A stretch of 64,000 bases of DNA from the sequence record NC_048792.1; one strand, written 5' to 3'. The notes below the pieces were generated by a model. That model ran no database searches and had not been told where the DNA came from. It saw only the letters and a list, made by a program, of their open reading frames with translations. The position numbers and the translations under genes are program-made. Of the stretch, positions 47,737-56,822 are shown piece by piece; within the stretch, counting starts at the first letter, position 1, and each line of letters begins with the position of its first letter.

Positions 47737-48318
47737 ATGGGCGTTTCTGCAGATAAAACCGCTTTCTCTTTCGCTAAAGCTTTAGTAGTAGCGATGTTAC
47801 TTTCCGGTGCTGTGATTGTAGGGGTTACAGTCGCGTACGTATCCGCTTACAACGAAGGTAATAAGAGCGAAGAACAGATCAAGTATCTGAATACTGAATC
47901 AGAGAACCGTCTTAGCTCCTACACGAACTCTGTGCTGGAGCAAGCGCAAATTCCAGAGAAGTACAAGGACAACTTGAAAGACGTCCTTAAAACGGCTCTG
48001 GAAGCTCGTTATGGCGATACCGGTAATAAGTCTGCTATCTCCTTTATCCAGGAGCACGCAGTTAACTTCGACAGCAAGATGTACGAAAACATTCAGGCGA
48101 CTATCAAGTCTGGTCGTGAAGAGTTCCGTATCTCTCAAACTCGTAAGATTGAAACCTGCCGTAACTATCGGACTTCCCTGGGTTACTTCTGGAAAGGGAC
48201 TTTCTTGAAGTTTGCTGGTTATCCGAAAGTTAACCTGGACGATGTCTGCGCCCTGGTGAGCGATGAGCGCTCCATGGAAGCATTCAAAACCAAAAAGACA
48301 TCACCAATCAAACTGTAA
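47737..48318 (+). CDS. LemA-like single-pass membrane protein
   Basis: N-terminal TM helix, AYNEGNKSEEQI, helical body, and GTFLKFAGYP. Confidence 0.5.
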   Translation: MGVSADKTAFSFAKALVVAMLLSGAVIVGVTVAYVSAYNEGNKSEEQIKYLNTESENRLSSYTNSVLEQAQIPEKYKDNLKDVLKTALEARYGDTGNKSAISFIQEHAVNFDSKMYENIQATIKSGREEFRISQTRKIETCRNYRTSLGYFWKGTFLKFAGYPKVNLDDVCALVSDERSMEAFKTKKTSPIKL

Positions 48319-48384
48319 TAATAAAACCCTCAGAGAGTCGCTTACGCTCTCTGAGGGCCTATAACGTTTAATAGAGGACGTGTA

Positions 48385-48942
48385 ATGGAAACTCGTATGG
48401 TCTTTAGTAATCTTCGTCGTACTGCGGGTAAGTTGTTCCGCAATGTAGGCTTTCGTGAGGAGGGTGCGCAAACTAACCTCAACTCACTGAATACGGCTCA
48501 GTACGAAGTAGTGACTTTCTTGAATCAGTCACTTAATGGTGGCGTTAACAATATTATCAAAAGTATTGCCAGTGAGTCCACTGTAGAGGAAATGGCGCAT
48601 TTATTCCGTCATGCCCATACGTTGGGTTTCCTCAAGTGTGACGTCGCCGTCCTGACCTGTAAGCGAGGTTTTCAGAAGGGGTCGTTCTACGTCTACCTTC
48701 ATGAAGAAAGCCTGAGTAAGAAAGTTTACCTGGAATGGGTAATTCACCAGGTAGGGCTGATGTGGGGAGTTAACCTTCCGATTAAGGTTGTAACCGATTG
48801 TCAGTACGTTAGTGACACTCGAGTTAACCCTAATGAACTAAACGATCTTGATCACTTGAGTTTGTACTTTCAACTCATCTCGTTCGGGGTAGATGTTTAT
48901 CCTGGTAATGCGGGTAAAGAATCGGCATTTCTGATTAAGTAA
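48385..48942 (+). CDS. Hypothetical protein
   Basis: 185 aa, GAGGA RBS. Confidence 0.65.
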   Translation: METRMVFSNLRRTAGKLFRNVGFREEGAQTNLNSLNTAQYEVVTFLNQSLNGGVNNIIKSIASESTVEEMAHLFRHAHTLGFLKCDVAVLTCKRGFQKGSFYVYLHEESLSKKVYLEWVIHQVGLMWGVNLPIKVVTDCQYVSDTRVNPNELNDLDHLSLYFQLISFGVDVYPGNAGKESAFLIK

Positions 48943-48953
48943 TTAGTTAGCTC

Positions 48954-49074
48954 TCATTTTTTACGTACGTTTCAATTATGTGTCAGAACTTGGTCACGGC
49001 CCGGAGGGTCTGTGACTATTAGGGGTTTTAGAGTGAACTAGGATGACCAAAGGGAAGACGAAGTGAGCTCCCTA
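48954..49074 (+). repeat. GA-hairpin element, copy 2
   Basis: TCATTTTTTACGT, then GGTCACGGCCC-GGA-GGGTCTGTGACTATTA, then GAGT-GA-AC-TA-G-GA-T-GA-CC-AAA-GG-GA-A-GA-C-GA-A-GT-GA-GCTC inside TAGGG/CCCTA. Confidence 0.8.
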
Positions 49075-49109
49075 AACGCGTGGATAATTAACCCCATTTA
49101 AACTAAATT

Positions 49110-49149
49110 GATACTCACTGGTAGAATAAGTTCTACCAGTGAGTATTGA
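49110..49149. terminator. Perfect 16-bp inverted repeat
   Basis: atactcactggtagaa-taag-ttctaccagtgagtat. Confidence 0.65.
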
Positions 49150-49194
49150 TCTATTTTGTAAAATTACCAATATACCTCCATTGGATCTTAGGTA

Positions 49195-49210
49195 TATATT
49201 ACCAGATTGA
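49195..49210 (+). promoter_or_regulatory. Early promoter TATATTAC-N5-TGA
   Basis: ggtaTATATTACcagatTGA. Confidence 0.75.
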
Positions 49211-49244
49211 ATAGATTACTACTTGGATAACAGGAGAAAAGATT

Positions 49245-49988
49245 GTGGCTATCGAATTAAATAAAGAAACGGGTAAAGTTGAGATGGATCTTGATACGTA
49301 CCGCTCACTGATCATCGGAGTTCCAAAGCAGATATTCTCCCCTGCTAAGTTTGAGAAATTCTTGGAAGTTCGTTACCCTGATGCTAAGAACTATAGTACC
49401 CTTGGCAATGAGATGGGCGTGGAAATACACGACTTGATAAAAGGCCGTAAAAATCCGTCGTGGAGACTATGCGAAAGACTCATTGAGAAATTCAGCACCG
49501 ATGTCTTCATGATCACTTTACCTACGTTCAATCAAAATAATCCTTGGGATCTTAATGGCGAGTTTCTTAGGATATTCGCACTAGACGAAGTTAAGGACCA
49601 TTACCTTAGGGTTAAGATAGGGACTGTTGTTACAAACAAAAATACTTCGATGAATCTAGCTACGGTTTGTGAGATAGCTAAGGCTATTGGGTGCGGTTTA
49701 GATCGCCTTTATATCGGCGGCGCAAAGCTAGTTAAAATACCTAACAATGAATTGATTGCGATTCTTAAAGAAGCTGAGACATCTACTAAAAATATCTTCA
49801 GTCATTTGTTAGACTACCGCGGAATAACTCAGCGCCATTTGGCGACATTATTAGGTACCGATCAAAGTAGCGTCTCTGGTTGGAGTAAAGGCGGACGCCG
49901 ACCTAAATCGGATAACTACTACAAAATTTGCTCCATCATGGGGACACCTATCGATTACTTCAGCGATTGGCTCACCGGCGAAGAATAA
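49245..49988 (+). CDS. Multi-HTH (XRE/Cro-C1) DNA-binding protein
   Basis: Three HTH-like units; the clearest is TQRHLATLLGTDQSSVSGWSKGGRRP. GTG start with AGGAG RBS. Confidence 0.8.
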   Translation: MAIELNKETGKVEMDLDTYRSLIIGVPKQIFSPAKFEKFLEVRYPDAKNYSTLGNEMGVEIHDLIKGRKNPSWRLCERLIEKFSTDVFMITLPTFNQNNPWDLNGEFLRIFALDEVKDHYLRVKIGTVVTNKNTSMNLATVCEIAKAIGCGLDRLYIGGAKLVKIPNNELIAILKEAETSTKNIFSHLLDYRGITQRHLATLLGTDQSSVSGWSKGGRRPKSDNYYKICSIMGTPIDYFSDWLTGEE

Positions 49989-50016
49989 GCCTTAACTAAA
50001 AATCAGGAGAAGGAAA

Positions 50017-50559
50017 ATGAAACACTTATCAATTACCGCTGGTTGGGGTAGCGTTAAGAACACTACGATCATCAGCTACGAAGATAACGATACTTTATCT
50101 CGTGGATTACTCCATACGTTCATTAACGAAGCAGGTGGAAGTTTCTGCCTGGATCATCTGGAAGCTATCGCTAAAGTGGTACGCGGTATTGTTAGCGGTG
50201 AACTGCGCACAGATGAGGATATCATTGTAGTCCCTTCTTATCTCACTGTTTCATACAGCCAAGAACGTTCAGTTTGGACCAGGGCCCGTTACCAGATTTT
50301 CTCAGGTGGCGAGTTAATCTGGAAAGGGATTTTCGCATTAGATAGTAATGGCGACTTCGATACTGCATGGATGGTGCGCGCTTGGGTATCGAAAGCACTT
50401 ATTCGCGTCGACCATAATTTGATAGGCTATGCTGCTGACATCATGGAACGTGTCCGGAGTAGCGATAACCTCAAGAAAGAATTGGTAATAGAGCGCTTTG
50501 TCTTTGAAGGCAAAGAGATTATTGTCAACGTGTCTAAAAGCTACCAAGGAGCTAAGTAA
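50017..50559 (+). CDS. Hypothetical protein
   Basis: 180 aa, AGGAG RBS. Confidence 0.65.
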   Translation: MKHLSITAGWGSVKNTTIISYEDNDTLSRGLLHTFINEAGGSFCLDHLEAIAKVVRGIVSGELRTDEDIIVVPSYLTVSYSQERSVWTRARYQIFSGGELIWKGIFALDSNGDFDTAWMVRAWVSKALIRVDHNLIGYAADIMERVRSSDNLKKELVIERFVFEGKEIIVNVSKSYQGAK

Positions 50560-50819
50560 TGTCCAGAGAAAGTATCGTTAGTGTTACACTGAAATCCGAA
50601 TACTGCGATGTTAGTGAGAAAGAGTTTTCTTACTACTGCGGCGAAGAGCGTTCTCTCATGTGCGTTGCTGATGAGATTGCTGAATGGATCGAAGAGTGTA
50701 GCGTAATGCTCTGTCCTGAGCCAGACGACATCCAAGAGGCGTTGGAAAACCTTTATCTCAACGGCTCGTCTAAAATGGATACACTGGATGAAACGGAAGT
50801 CTTGTTCCGGAAAGTTTAA
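50559..50819 (+). CDS. Hypothetical acidic protein
   Basis: 86 aa, TAATG coupling. Confidence 0.6.
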   Translation: MSRESIVSVTLKSEYCDVSEKEFSYYCGEERSLMCVADEIAEWIEECSVMLCPEPDDIQEALENLYLNGSSKMDTLDETEVLFRKV

Positions 50820-50830
50820 AGGAGCCTGTT

Positions 50831-51403
50831 GTGAAAAACAAAGAATACATTTTAACGGTTAAAGAAAACGTTATCCGCGTTAAGTTGCCGGGCGAGACTA
50901 CGAAAGAAGAGTTCGTTCGCAAAGTCTCCAAAGAAATCCGTAAACAACTCAGCCGCGTGGCAAGTAAAGTCATCGTGGAAGGGTTGACGTCCCAATTACC
51001 GGAGTACCTGGGTAAGTATTATCAGGAAACCGAGCAGTACAATTACGCGATGCTCTCAGCGGCTTATAACCTGTCGCTGTACGTTATCCCTATCGATGAT
51101 ACTCAGGTAGAATTAAAACCGGTTATACGTTCTCTGGGAGCGTGTCGTGGGTACATTACGTACAAAGGTCAGAAGAGTCCGTTCATCCTCATGGAAGGCG
51201 ATAGCCTGGAAGAGGCGGTAACAAAAGTCCATCGTCGCTTGGCTACTAAAATCAAGGAAACTAATTTCCCTGAAGATCTGGAGCTAATCGAGTCAGGTCT
51301 AGCTAAAGATTCCATTACGGAAATCCTGAGCTACTTTGCAAACGATGGTGAGCGCGGGTCAACTATCGAACACCCGTGTGGCATCATTCTCTTTATCGAA
51401 TAA
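50831..51403 (+). CDS. Hypothetical protein
   Basis: 190 aa, AAGGAG RBS. Confidence 0.65.
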   Translation: MKNKEYILTVKENVIRVKLPGETTKEEFVRKVSKEIRKQLSRVASKVIVEGLTSQLPEYLGKYYQETEQYNYAMLSAAYNLSLYVIPIDDTQVELKPVIRSLGACRGYITYKGQKSPFILMEGDSLEEAVTKVHRRLATKIKETNFPEDLELIESGLAKDSITEILSYFANDGERGSTIEHPCGIILFIE

Positions 51404-51415
51404 TTACCTGGAGCA

Positions 51416-52570
51416 TTGAAAGTGAAAAAAGAAAAGATGGTTAAAGTAGAAATCGTAGTTAATGGTCAGCATCGCATGACTCGTATTTTTGACGTCGATG
51501 ACCTTAACGCTGTGTCAGATGCCATTGTGGAAAACAAAGAAGTATTCTCCGGTGACGAATTTAAACAATTAACCGATAACTACATGGAAAGCGTCAAGTG
51601 GCGTATTCGCGATGGCTTTATCGGTGTAATTGGACTCGGTACTTCACTGAACATTTCCGCCTGCGTATCCAAACCTACCGATCTGGAACTACAGCGCGTT
51701 AGCGTTTCTCTCCGAGCCCCTGGGAATCTATCGACTCGATTGATCCGCACGATCTGCTATCGTGGTGAGATCCGCGATATGTTCTCGCTGTTTAAAGTTA
51801 ACTTACTTCGTAGACTGTCTTTGACGGCCAGGGCGTTTTTGAGCTCACTTAAGTACGAAGACTGGAGCAAACTACGTTCTGGGGATAATGAGTTAGCCCT
51901 CATGGGGAGTGACTACACTCTGGTAGTTACACCGGTAGGCCAACCTGCTGAGAAAATCGTTCAGATCTTCACGCCTGTGGAAATCAGAGAAATCATCGAG
52001 AGTCCGCAGGCAATTAAGAAGGATACTATCGATTTGCCTCCGGAATTACTTGAGGCGATCGGTACGGTTTCTGAGTTACATCGCCGTAAAGCTCAGAACG
52101 GTGGTCGTTGGGAACTTCGGGAATTAGCTAACCCTGAATTACAATTGAAGGTATGTTCGGCCGCTGTTTCGCCAATCACCGACTGGGCCAGTAGTACACT
52201 GCAATATCTCGTGTCCCCACGTCGGGTCGGTAAACATTCGGTGGAAGAGGTATTCAAAAAGCTATCGGCTCGGCACGAGGAACTTCAGGCACTATGTAAA
52301 CGCGGCGAAGACATGAGTAAGGTCATCGTCTATCGTGGCTCCGCCGAGGCCAATGGTAAGAAGACCAACTTCGTTTTGACCTACGATATGGTCTACGGTA
52401 AACAAGAGGGGTTTAGCTGGGTCATCGACCGCGTAGCTCGCCAGATTAAACGTAACTTGGGCGAAGACATTTCTCCTCCTATCCTCTATCATGCGTTCCA
52501 TATCACTAACTTGGGGCACTGGGTAGAATTAGTCCCTGGACTTAATATCCGCATTGAAGCTGTACTTTAA
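51416..52570 (+). CDS. Hypothetical protein
   Basis: 384 aa, followed by terminator gcccgtagg-attaa-cctacgggc. Confidence 0.7.
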   Translation: MKVKKEKMVKVEIVVNGQHRMTRIFDVDDLNAVSDAIVENKEVFSGDEFKQLTDNYMESVKWRIRDGFIGVIGLGTSLNISACVSKPTDLELQRVSVSLRAPGNLSTRLIRTICYRGEIRDMFSLFKVNLLRRLSLTARAFLSSLKYEDWSKLRSGDNELALMGSDYTLVVTPVGQPAEKIVQIFTPVEIREIIESPQAIKKDTIDLPPELLEAIGTVSELHRRKAQNGGRWELRELANPELQLKVCSAAVSPITDWASSTLQYLVSPRRVGKHSVEEVFKKLSARHEELQALCKRGEDMSKVIVYRGSAEANGKKTNFVLTYDMVYGKQEGFSWVIDRVARQIKRNLGEDISPPILYHAFHITNLGHWVELVPGLNIRIEAVL

Positions 52571-52634
52571 ACCCGTCATAGGCCCGTAGGATTAACCTAC
52601 GGGCTACTATAATCTTTTTTAGAAGGAAAATAAA

Positions 52635-53228
52635 ATGAACTATCGTGGCAAAGTAAATGGCGATGAATACCTGGCATCTGTAGTTAAGTCTGTTCTGTTC
52701 TCTGGCTCGGTACCTGATGCAGATTCCCGCAGTGAACTTCATTGCGTTTCAGTTGCAATCCCTAAGTTCGATGTCATCAAAGAAGTTAAGTTCAACTTCG
52801 CTGGCGGGGCATCTTGCTTGGATGAATATCAATACCCCGTACGTGAGGTCTGTGAGACGCTACAGGCCATGGGTGTTAAAGGTGTCACTCTGGTAACCCA
52901 GCGACTTGTTCGTGCCTTAGAGGCTCGTCTGACGACGATTGTGCCGAACATGGATGACTTCTCCGTCAAGCAGTATTGCGAATGGTTGAAAGTTACCATC
53001 CGTGAAAAGATTGCGTTGTGCTATCCGGATATGTTAGCCGTGTATGTCGAACCTAACCCTGATCTGTTCGTTGAAGATGAGTTTGAACAACCTTGTCCTA
53101 CTGGTTCAGTCAATGTGGTTATGGCTGATATGGTTGGTTCAGTATTCGGTTGTGAATTGTATTCGTGTACTTACTTCACGGATGATGGCGTTATCAATCC
53201 GATATTCAAGTTTGTACTTAAACAGTAA
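52635..53228 (+). CDS. Hypothetical protein
   Basis: 197 aa, AAGGA RBS. Confidence 0.7.
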   Translation: MNYRGKVNGDEYLASVVKSVLFSGSVPDADSRSELHCVSVAIPKFDVIKEVKFNFAGGASCLDEYQYPVREVCETLQAMGVKGVTLVTQRLVRALEARLTTIVPNMDDFSVKQYCEWLKVTIREKIALCYPDMLAVYVEPNPDLFVEDEFEQPCPTGSVNVVMADMVGSVFGCELYSCTYFTDDGVINPIFKFVLKQ

Positions 53229-53235
53229 TAATCTC

Positions 53236-53362
53236 TCATTTTTTACGTCACTTCTCTTTAGTTTGTCAAAACAATACCACTCAGGTCACGGCCGTAGGCC
53301 TGTGACTAATAAGTACCCGTATGACTGAAGAACGTAGTGATGAAAGGAATACATCTTGGGTA
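53236..53362 (+). repeat. GA-hairpin element, copy 3
   Basis: TCATTTTTTACGT, then GGTCACGGCC-GTA-GGCCTGTGACTAATA, then GTAT-GA-CT-GA-A-GA-AC-GTA-GT-GA-T-GA-A-AG-GA-ATAC inside TACCC/GGGTA. Confidence 0.85.
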
Positions 53363-53414
53363 AAAAGAGAGTTAAGTAAGGTTAAATTAACTCTATTGAT
53401 AAAGAGTAATAATC

Positions 53415-53969
53415 ATGAATAATACTCATTTAGTAATAACTGTAACTAATGGAATGAGCAGTTTAACAGATACATTACGAGTAGAGCTAGATAACTTTCC
53501 AGTAGCTCGTATCAAGGGATGGGTAAAGAGCATCAGTGAACGATATGGATTAGCTACTCTACCTACGCTGTACTACATGGACTGGGGGAAGGTGGTTGAT
53601 GACATTAACGAACACCCTCATACCGTTCTCAATGTAGGAGGAGACAGCAGTATTACCTGGGAAGCGGGTAATACATGGCCAAAGGGTGTAAACTCTGATG
53701 GTACGTTATCGGCTGGACGTAATATTAAGTTCCATCCAACCACCTGGTCAGAAATCATGTTTGCTACCCAGGATAACTTTTTAGAAGTAGAAGGTTTCAT
53801 TCTGGTAGATAAAACCGGGGCTGTTTATGAGTACGGTATCTTAAAGGAACGTAACTTCATTAACCTGGGTGGATTTGATTTCCTCTCTAGCGATTACAAA
53901 GCGTTTGCTTACCATCGTAGAGAAGGAGTGGTCACCCTGATCGAACGCCATAGTCCACCAACCGCTTAA
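53415..53969 (+). CDS. Hypothetical protein
   Basis: 184-aa ORF directly after element copy 3. Confidence 0.65.
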   Translation: MNNTHLVITVTNGMSSLTDTLRVELDNFPVARIKGWVKSISERYGLATLPTLYYMDWGKVVDDINEHPHTVLNVGGDSSITWEAGNTWPKGVNSDGTLSAGRNIKFHPTTWSEIMFATQDNFLEVEGFILVDKTGAVYEYGILKERNFINLGGFDFLSSDYKAFAYHRREGVVTLIERHSPPTA

Positions 53970-53986
53970 TTAATTAGGAGCACGAC

Positions 53987-54277
53987 ATGATCGAAGTAAC
54001 TTGTGATTCAGTAGCAGATAACTTATTCTCCGTGACGTTGAGTAAGCCGTCTGAGGGTAGACTTAATTCTAGCTACTCCCGTAAAGTTTCTTTCTGTATC
54101 GATACGAAAGTATACTCCATTCGCTTAGCGAGCATCTCTGCCGTTCACCAGGCTGCACGCAACGGCGGTGAAGGGGTGATTACTATCATCACCCAATCAG
54201 CGAAGTACACGTTCAACTACCGCAAGGGCGCCCAGGAAGCAATCAATGAGTTCTTGGCTGCATGGGAACAGATCTGA
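53987..54277 (+). CDS. Hypothetical protein, bacterial-PH-like
   Basis: 96 aa, AGGAG RBS. Confidence 0.6.
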   Translation: MIEVTCDSVADNLFSVTLSKPSEGRLNSSYSRKVSFCIDTKVYSIRLASISAVHQAARNGGEGVITIITQSAKYTFNYRKGAQEAINEFLAAWEQI

Positions 54278-54531
54278 TGGAATACTCCATTATCAACCCT
54301 AATGGGAAACTCCCCGTACTACGCATCAAAGTCAGTGGTGTTTTGAGCCATTACTCGATTATGGGTATTACGGGTATCAGCTACGCCAAAATGGCCATGC
54401 CGTTAGGTACCGTACAAGTGACGATTGACCGGGAAGGAACAACTAATATCTTCCAGGTTCCGGCAAAAGATGTCCCATTAGTAGATGAGATCGTTACTCT
54501 CTGGGTAAATATCATCAACGGTATCAAGTAA
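54277..54531 (+). CDS. Hypothetical protein, bacterial-PH-like, paralog of the previous ORF
   Basis: TGATG coupling at 54277, with a downstream terminator at 54546-54572. Confidence 0.6.
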   Translation: MEYSIINPNGKLPVLRIKVSGVLSHYSIMGITGISYAKMAMPLGTVQVTIDREGTTNIFQVPAKDVPLVDEIVTLWVNIINGIK

Positions 54532-54654
54532 GTAATTTGTCATAAACCCACCTACCCTAACCGGTAGGTGGGAGTTGTATTATCCTAAATCTTTTTCTTT
54601 TGTCCTTACGTTAAAATGTACGCATGTTTGACTTAATGTAGACATTAGGGAATT

Positions 54655-55569
54655 ATGAGGGAGTTTCGGAAAATGGCCGGGACAAAGAAATTAATCATTA
54701 CACCAACCTTCAAACTAAAAAAGTTATTGAAGGATATGGTAGGCTCAGAGCCAGGTTTTAATCTAGTCTGGCAAATGGCCGTAGACTACATGGTGAAATG
54801 CATCTTGTCTGGTGCCCGTAAAGAAACGCTTCCCGAATTCATGCAGGAAGCATACGGCGAATTAGATGCTTCCACGAGTTATTACTTCGCAGATCTGTTG
54901 GGATTCAAATTGGTTGAGTCCTCGTACAGAAAAGATTCATTTACATTCTCCTTGGCATTATCTGGGGAATCTAAAAACGTCCCTGATCTTTCTAAGGTTA
55001 CGAAGATCTCTCGTACACCTTACGATAACGGATGGATGAATGGCGTAGTTTGGTTCCGACCTGTACACTGCGCATTTTACTACGTTAAAGCAACCCGTAA
55101 CCCATTAGCTGACTTTGTACAGGAAAGTGCATATCTGGTCGGCAAACACCACAAGGTGAATATCTACCAAAAGATATTTGATGCGGGTGATGATAAACGT
55201 ATTAAAGGGATTTACTTTGAAGTATCCGATCGGAAGGAATCCGAAGATGTAGGTAGTCAGATGTCTAACTACGTCAGAAACAATAGAGGGATCTACGAAG
55301 AGGGAGAAAGACGCGTTGGGGAGTTATTACCTGACCGTAAAGATCAACCCAATACCCAACACCAGGGGAATGGGAAGAAGCCTGACTTTGGTATCGGGAG
55401 AAATCAGGTATGTGTAAAAGGTAAGGAATACCGTAATGTAGTTTCGTACCACAAAGAGACTCGTTTACCGATGCCGCAGATCTACCGTCGATTGAACTCC
55501 CGTCATCCTGAATGGATTGATTGGTTCTTCATCGGCTCTCCTAAAGATACTAGAAGGAAGTCAGTGTGA
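54655..55569 (+). CDS. Hypothetical protein with a C-terminal homing-endonuclease-type (NUMOD-like) DNA-binding module
   Basis: QVCVKGKEYRNVVSYHKETRLPMPQIYRRLNSRHPEWIDWFFI. Confidence 0.55.
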   Translation: MREFRKMAGTKKLIITPTFKLKKLLKDMVGSEPGFNLVWQMAVDYMVKCILSGARKETLPEFMQEAYGELDASTSYYFADLLGFKLVESSYRKDSFTFSLALSGESKNVPDLSKVTKISRTPYDNGWMNGVVWFRPVHCAFYYVKATRNPLADFVQESAYLVGKHHKVNIYQKIFDAGDDKRIKGIYFEVSDRKESEDVGSQMSNYVRNNRGIYEEGERRVGELLPDRKDQPNTQHQGNGKKPDFGIGRNQVCVKGKEYRNVVSYHKETRLPMPQIYRRLNSRHPEWIDWFFIGSPKDTRRKSV

Positions 55570-55820
55570 AAGTATTGGAAAGTAAAGAAGGACACGGTGT
55601 TTTCCTCATCCAAACGTACAAGTGCGTTTTCGATGCAATCAAGTGGTTCGCAGACCAACTAGGTTCAGAAGACCTAGATGAAAGCATCTTAGAGAAATCA
55701 CTGACCGGGATCGCTATAGAGACAGGGGTAAGCTTGTTTCCTGCGATCTTAGAAGTCATGGAGACGGACAAGGTAATGTCCTACCGAGTCATTAATCTCG
55801 ATGGTCTTAAACTTAGCTAG
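55566..55820 (+). CDS. Hypothetical protein
   Basis: 84 aa, GTGA overlap. Confidence 0.55.
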   Translation: MKVLESKEGHGVFLIQTYKCVFDAIKWFADQLGSEDLDESILEKSLTGIAIETGVSLFPAILEVMETDKVMSYRVINLDGLKLS

Positions 55821-55888
55821 TCCATAAGCCGGCTGGGGAAACCTGGCCGGTCTATGTTGTTTATGTACAATTAAGAGGAAACACCACC

Positions 55889-56047
55889 ATGCCTAGTACC
55901 AGTAAGAAACAAGAGCAATTCATGGCTGCCGCTGCCCACGACAAAGAGTTCGCTGAAGAAGCAGGCATTCCCCAGAAGGTTGCTAAAGAATTCCATAACG
56001 CCGATAAGCGTAAGAAGAACAAGAAAGCGATCTTGGCAAAACGTTGA
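55889..56047 (+). CDS. 52-aa basic protein missing from the ORF track (MPSTSKKQEQFMAAAAHDKEFAEEAGIPQKVAKEFHNADKRKKNKKAILAKR)
   Basis: AAGAGGA RBS and good codon bias. Resembles a small phage protein family of the MPSxSxxQxxFMAAxAH type. Confidence 0.7.
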   Translation: MPSTSKKQEQFMAAAAHDKEFAEEAGIPQKVAKEFHNADKRKKNKKAILAKR

Positions 56048-56055
56048 TTTAGATC

Positions 56056-56082
56056 TTTTTTTACGCAACAAGTTTAAGTATG
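56056..56082 (+). promoter_or_regulatory. TTTTTTTAC-N~14-TATG promoter (middle/late type) for the RNA island
   Basis: tttttttacgcaacaagtttaagTATGtag. The same architecture occurs at 25486, 33136 and 48957. Confidence 0.55.
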
Positions 56083-56350
56083 TAGAAGCTGCATCAAGTA
56101 ATCATTTAGTTCAATTAACTCCAGGGTCGATTGTCGGTAACTAAGTGAGATTCAGCTACAAGCGGGGATGGATCCCCACTAACTATTGGAGAGCTTTAAG
56201 GGTACGATCTCAATCGTCCGGGTTGTGGAACAACTTCCGCACACTAGTGCGTTGGTTTAGGGTTCGAATGCCTTAAAGGTAGCGCATGATAGATGCGAGC
56301 AACTAACACGAGGCGACATTACGCGCCTACTCCAATCAAGACGAATTCCT

Positions 56351-56435
56351 GGTAGGTTACTCAAGCGGCAACGAGAACAGACTGTAAATCTGTCGCCTTC
56401 GGGCTTCGATGGTTCGAGTCCATCACCTACCACCA
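56351..56435 (+). tRNA. trnY: tRNA-Tyr (GTA)
   Basis: Acceptor GGTAGGT/ACCTACC, anticodon arm ACAGA-CTGTAAA-TCTGT, long variable arm, GTTCGAGTC T-loop, and encoded CCA. Confidence 0.95.
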
Positions 56436-56443
56436 AATCAATG

Positions 56444-56521
56444 AACCGAGTAGCTCAACTGAATAGAGCACCGTCCCGCTAAGACGGCCGTTGGAGGTTC
56501 AAATCCTTCCTCAGGTTCCCA
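56444..56521 (+). tRNA. Atypical tRNA, anticodon GCT (nominally Ser) on a short-variable-arm body
   Basis: D arm GCTC/GAGC, anticodon arm CCGTC-CCGCTAA-GACGG, T arm GGAGG-TTCAAAT-CCTTC, and CCA. It has C33 and a bulged A in the acceptor stem. Confidence 0.7.
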
Positions 56522-56822
56522 AACAAAGCCCGAAGACGTTCGGGTAAAGTCGTCCCATTTAATTCCCTACTACTTAAGTTACGGTAGATACAGTTAATTG
56601 GGGTGCGATAACAATGACACTTGTCCCCCAAAGCCCTGGGTACTGCACCCAGAAAAAGAGGACTGGCAGCCAATACATAGCGACCAATGGTTAGCTAGAG
56701 CAGCCTTTATAACTCCGTGAAATTCGGAGGAGTGTCTCCCATGATGTCCTCATTGTAGAGGGAGGTTGATTGTAGTCAACCTGTTGTGAAACGAATCTGC
56801 AGTGAGGACTTCTTAACGTTTT

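Noticed and set aside
50017-52570. Paralogy among ORFs 50017, 50831 and 51416
   Set aside because: Only vague strand/helix resemblance (for example YRGSAEANGKKTNFVL versus CRGYITYKGQKSPFIL), too weak to claim without profile comparison.
55871-56071. 66-aa minus-strand ORF
   Set aside because: It is the shadow of the better-supported plus-strand 52-aa ORF at 55889-56047.
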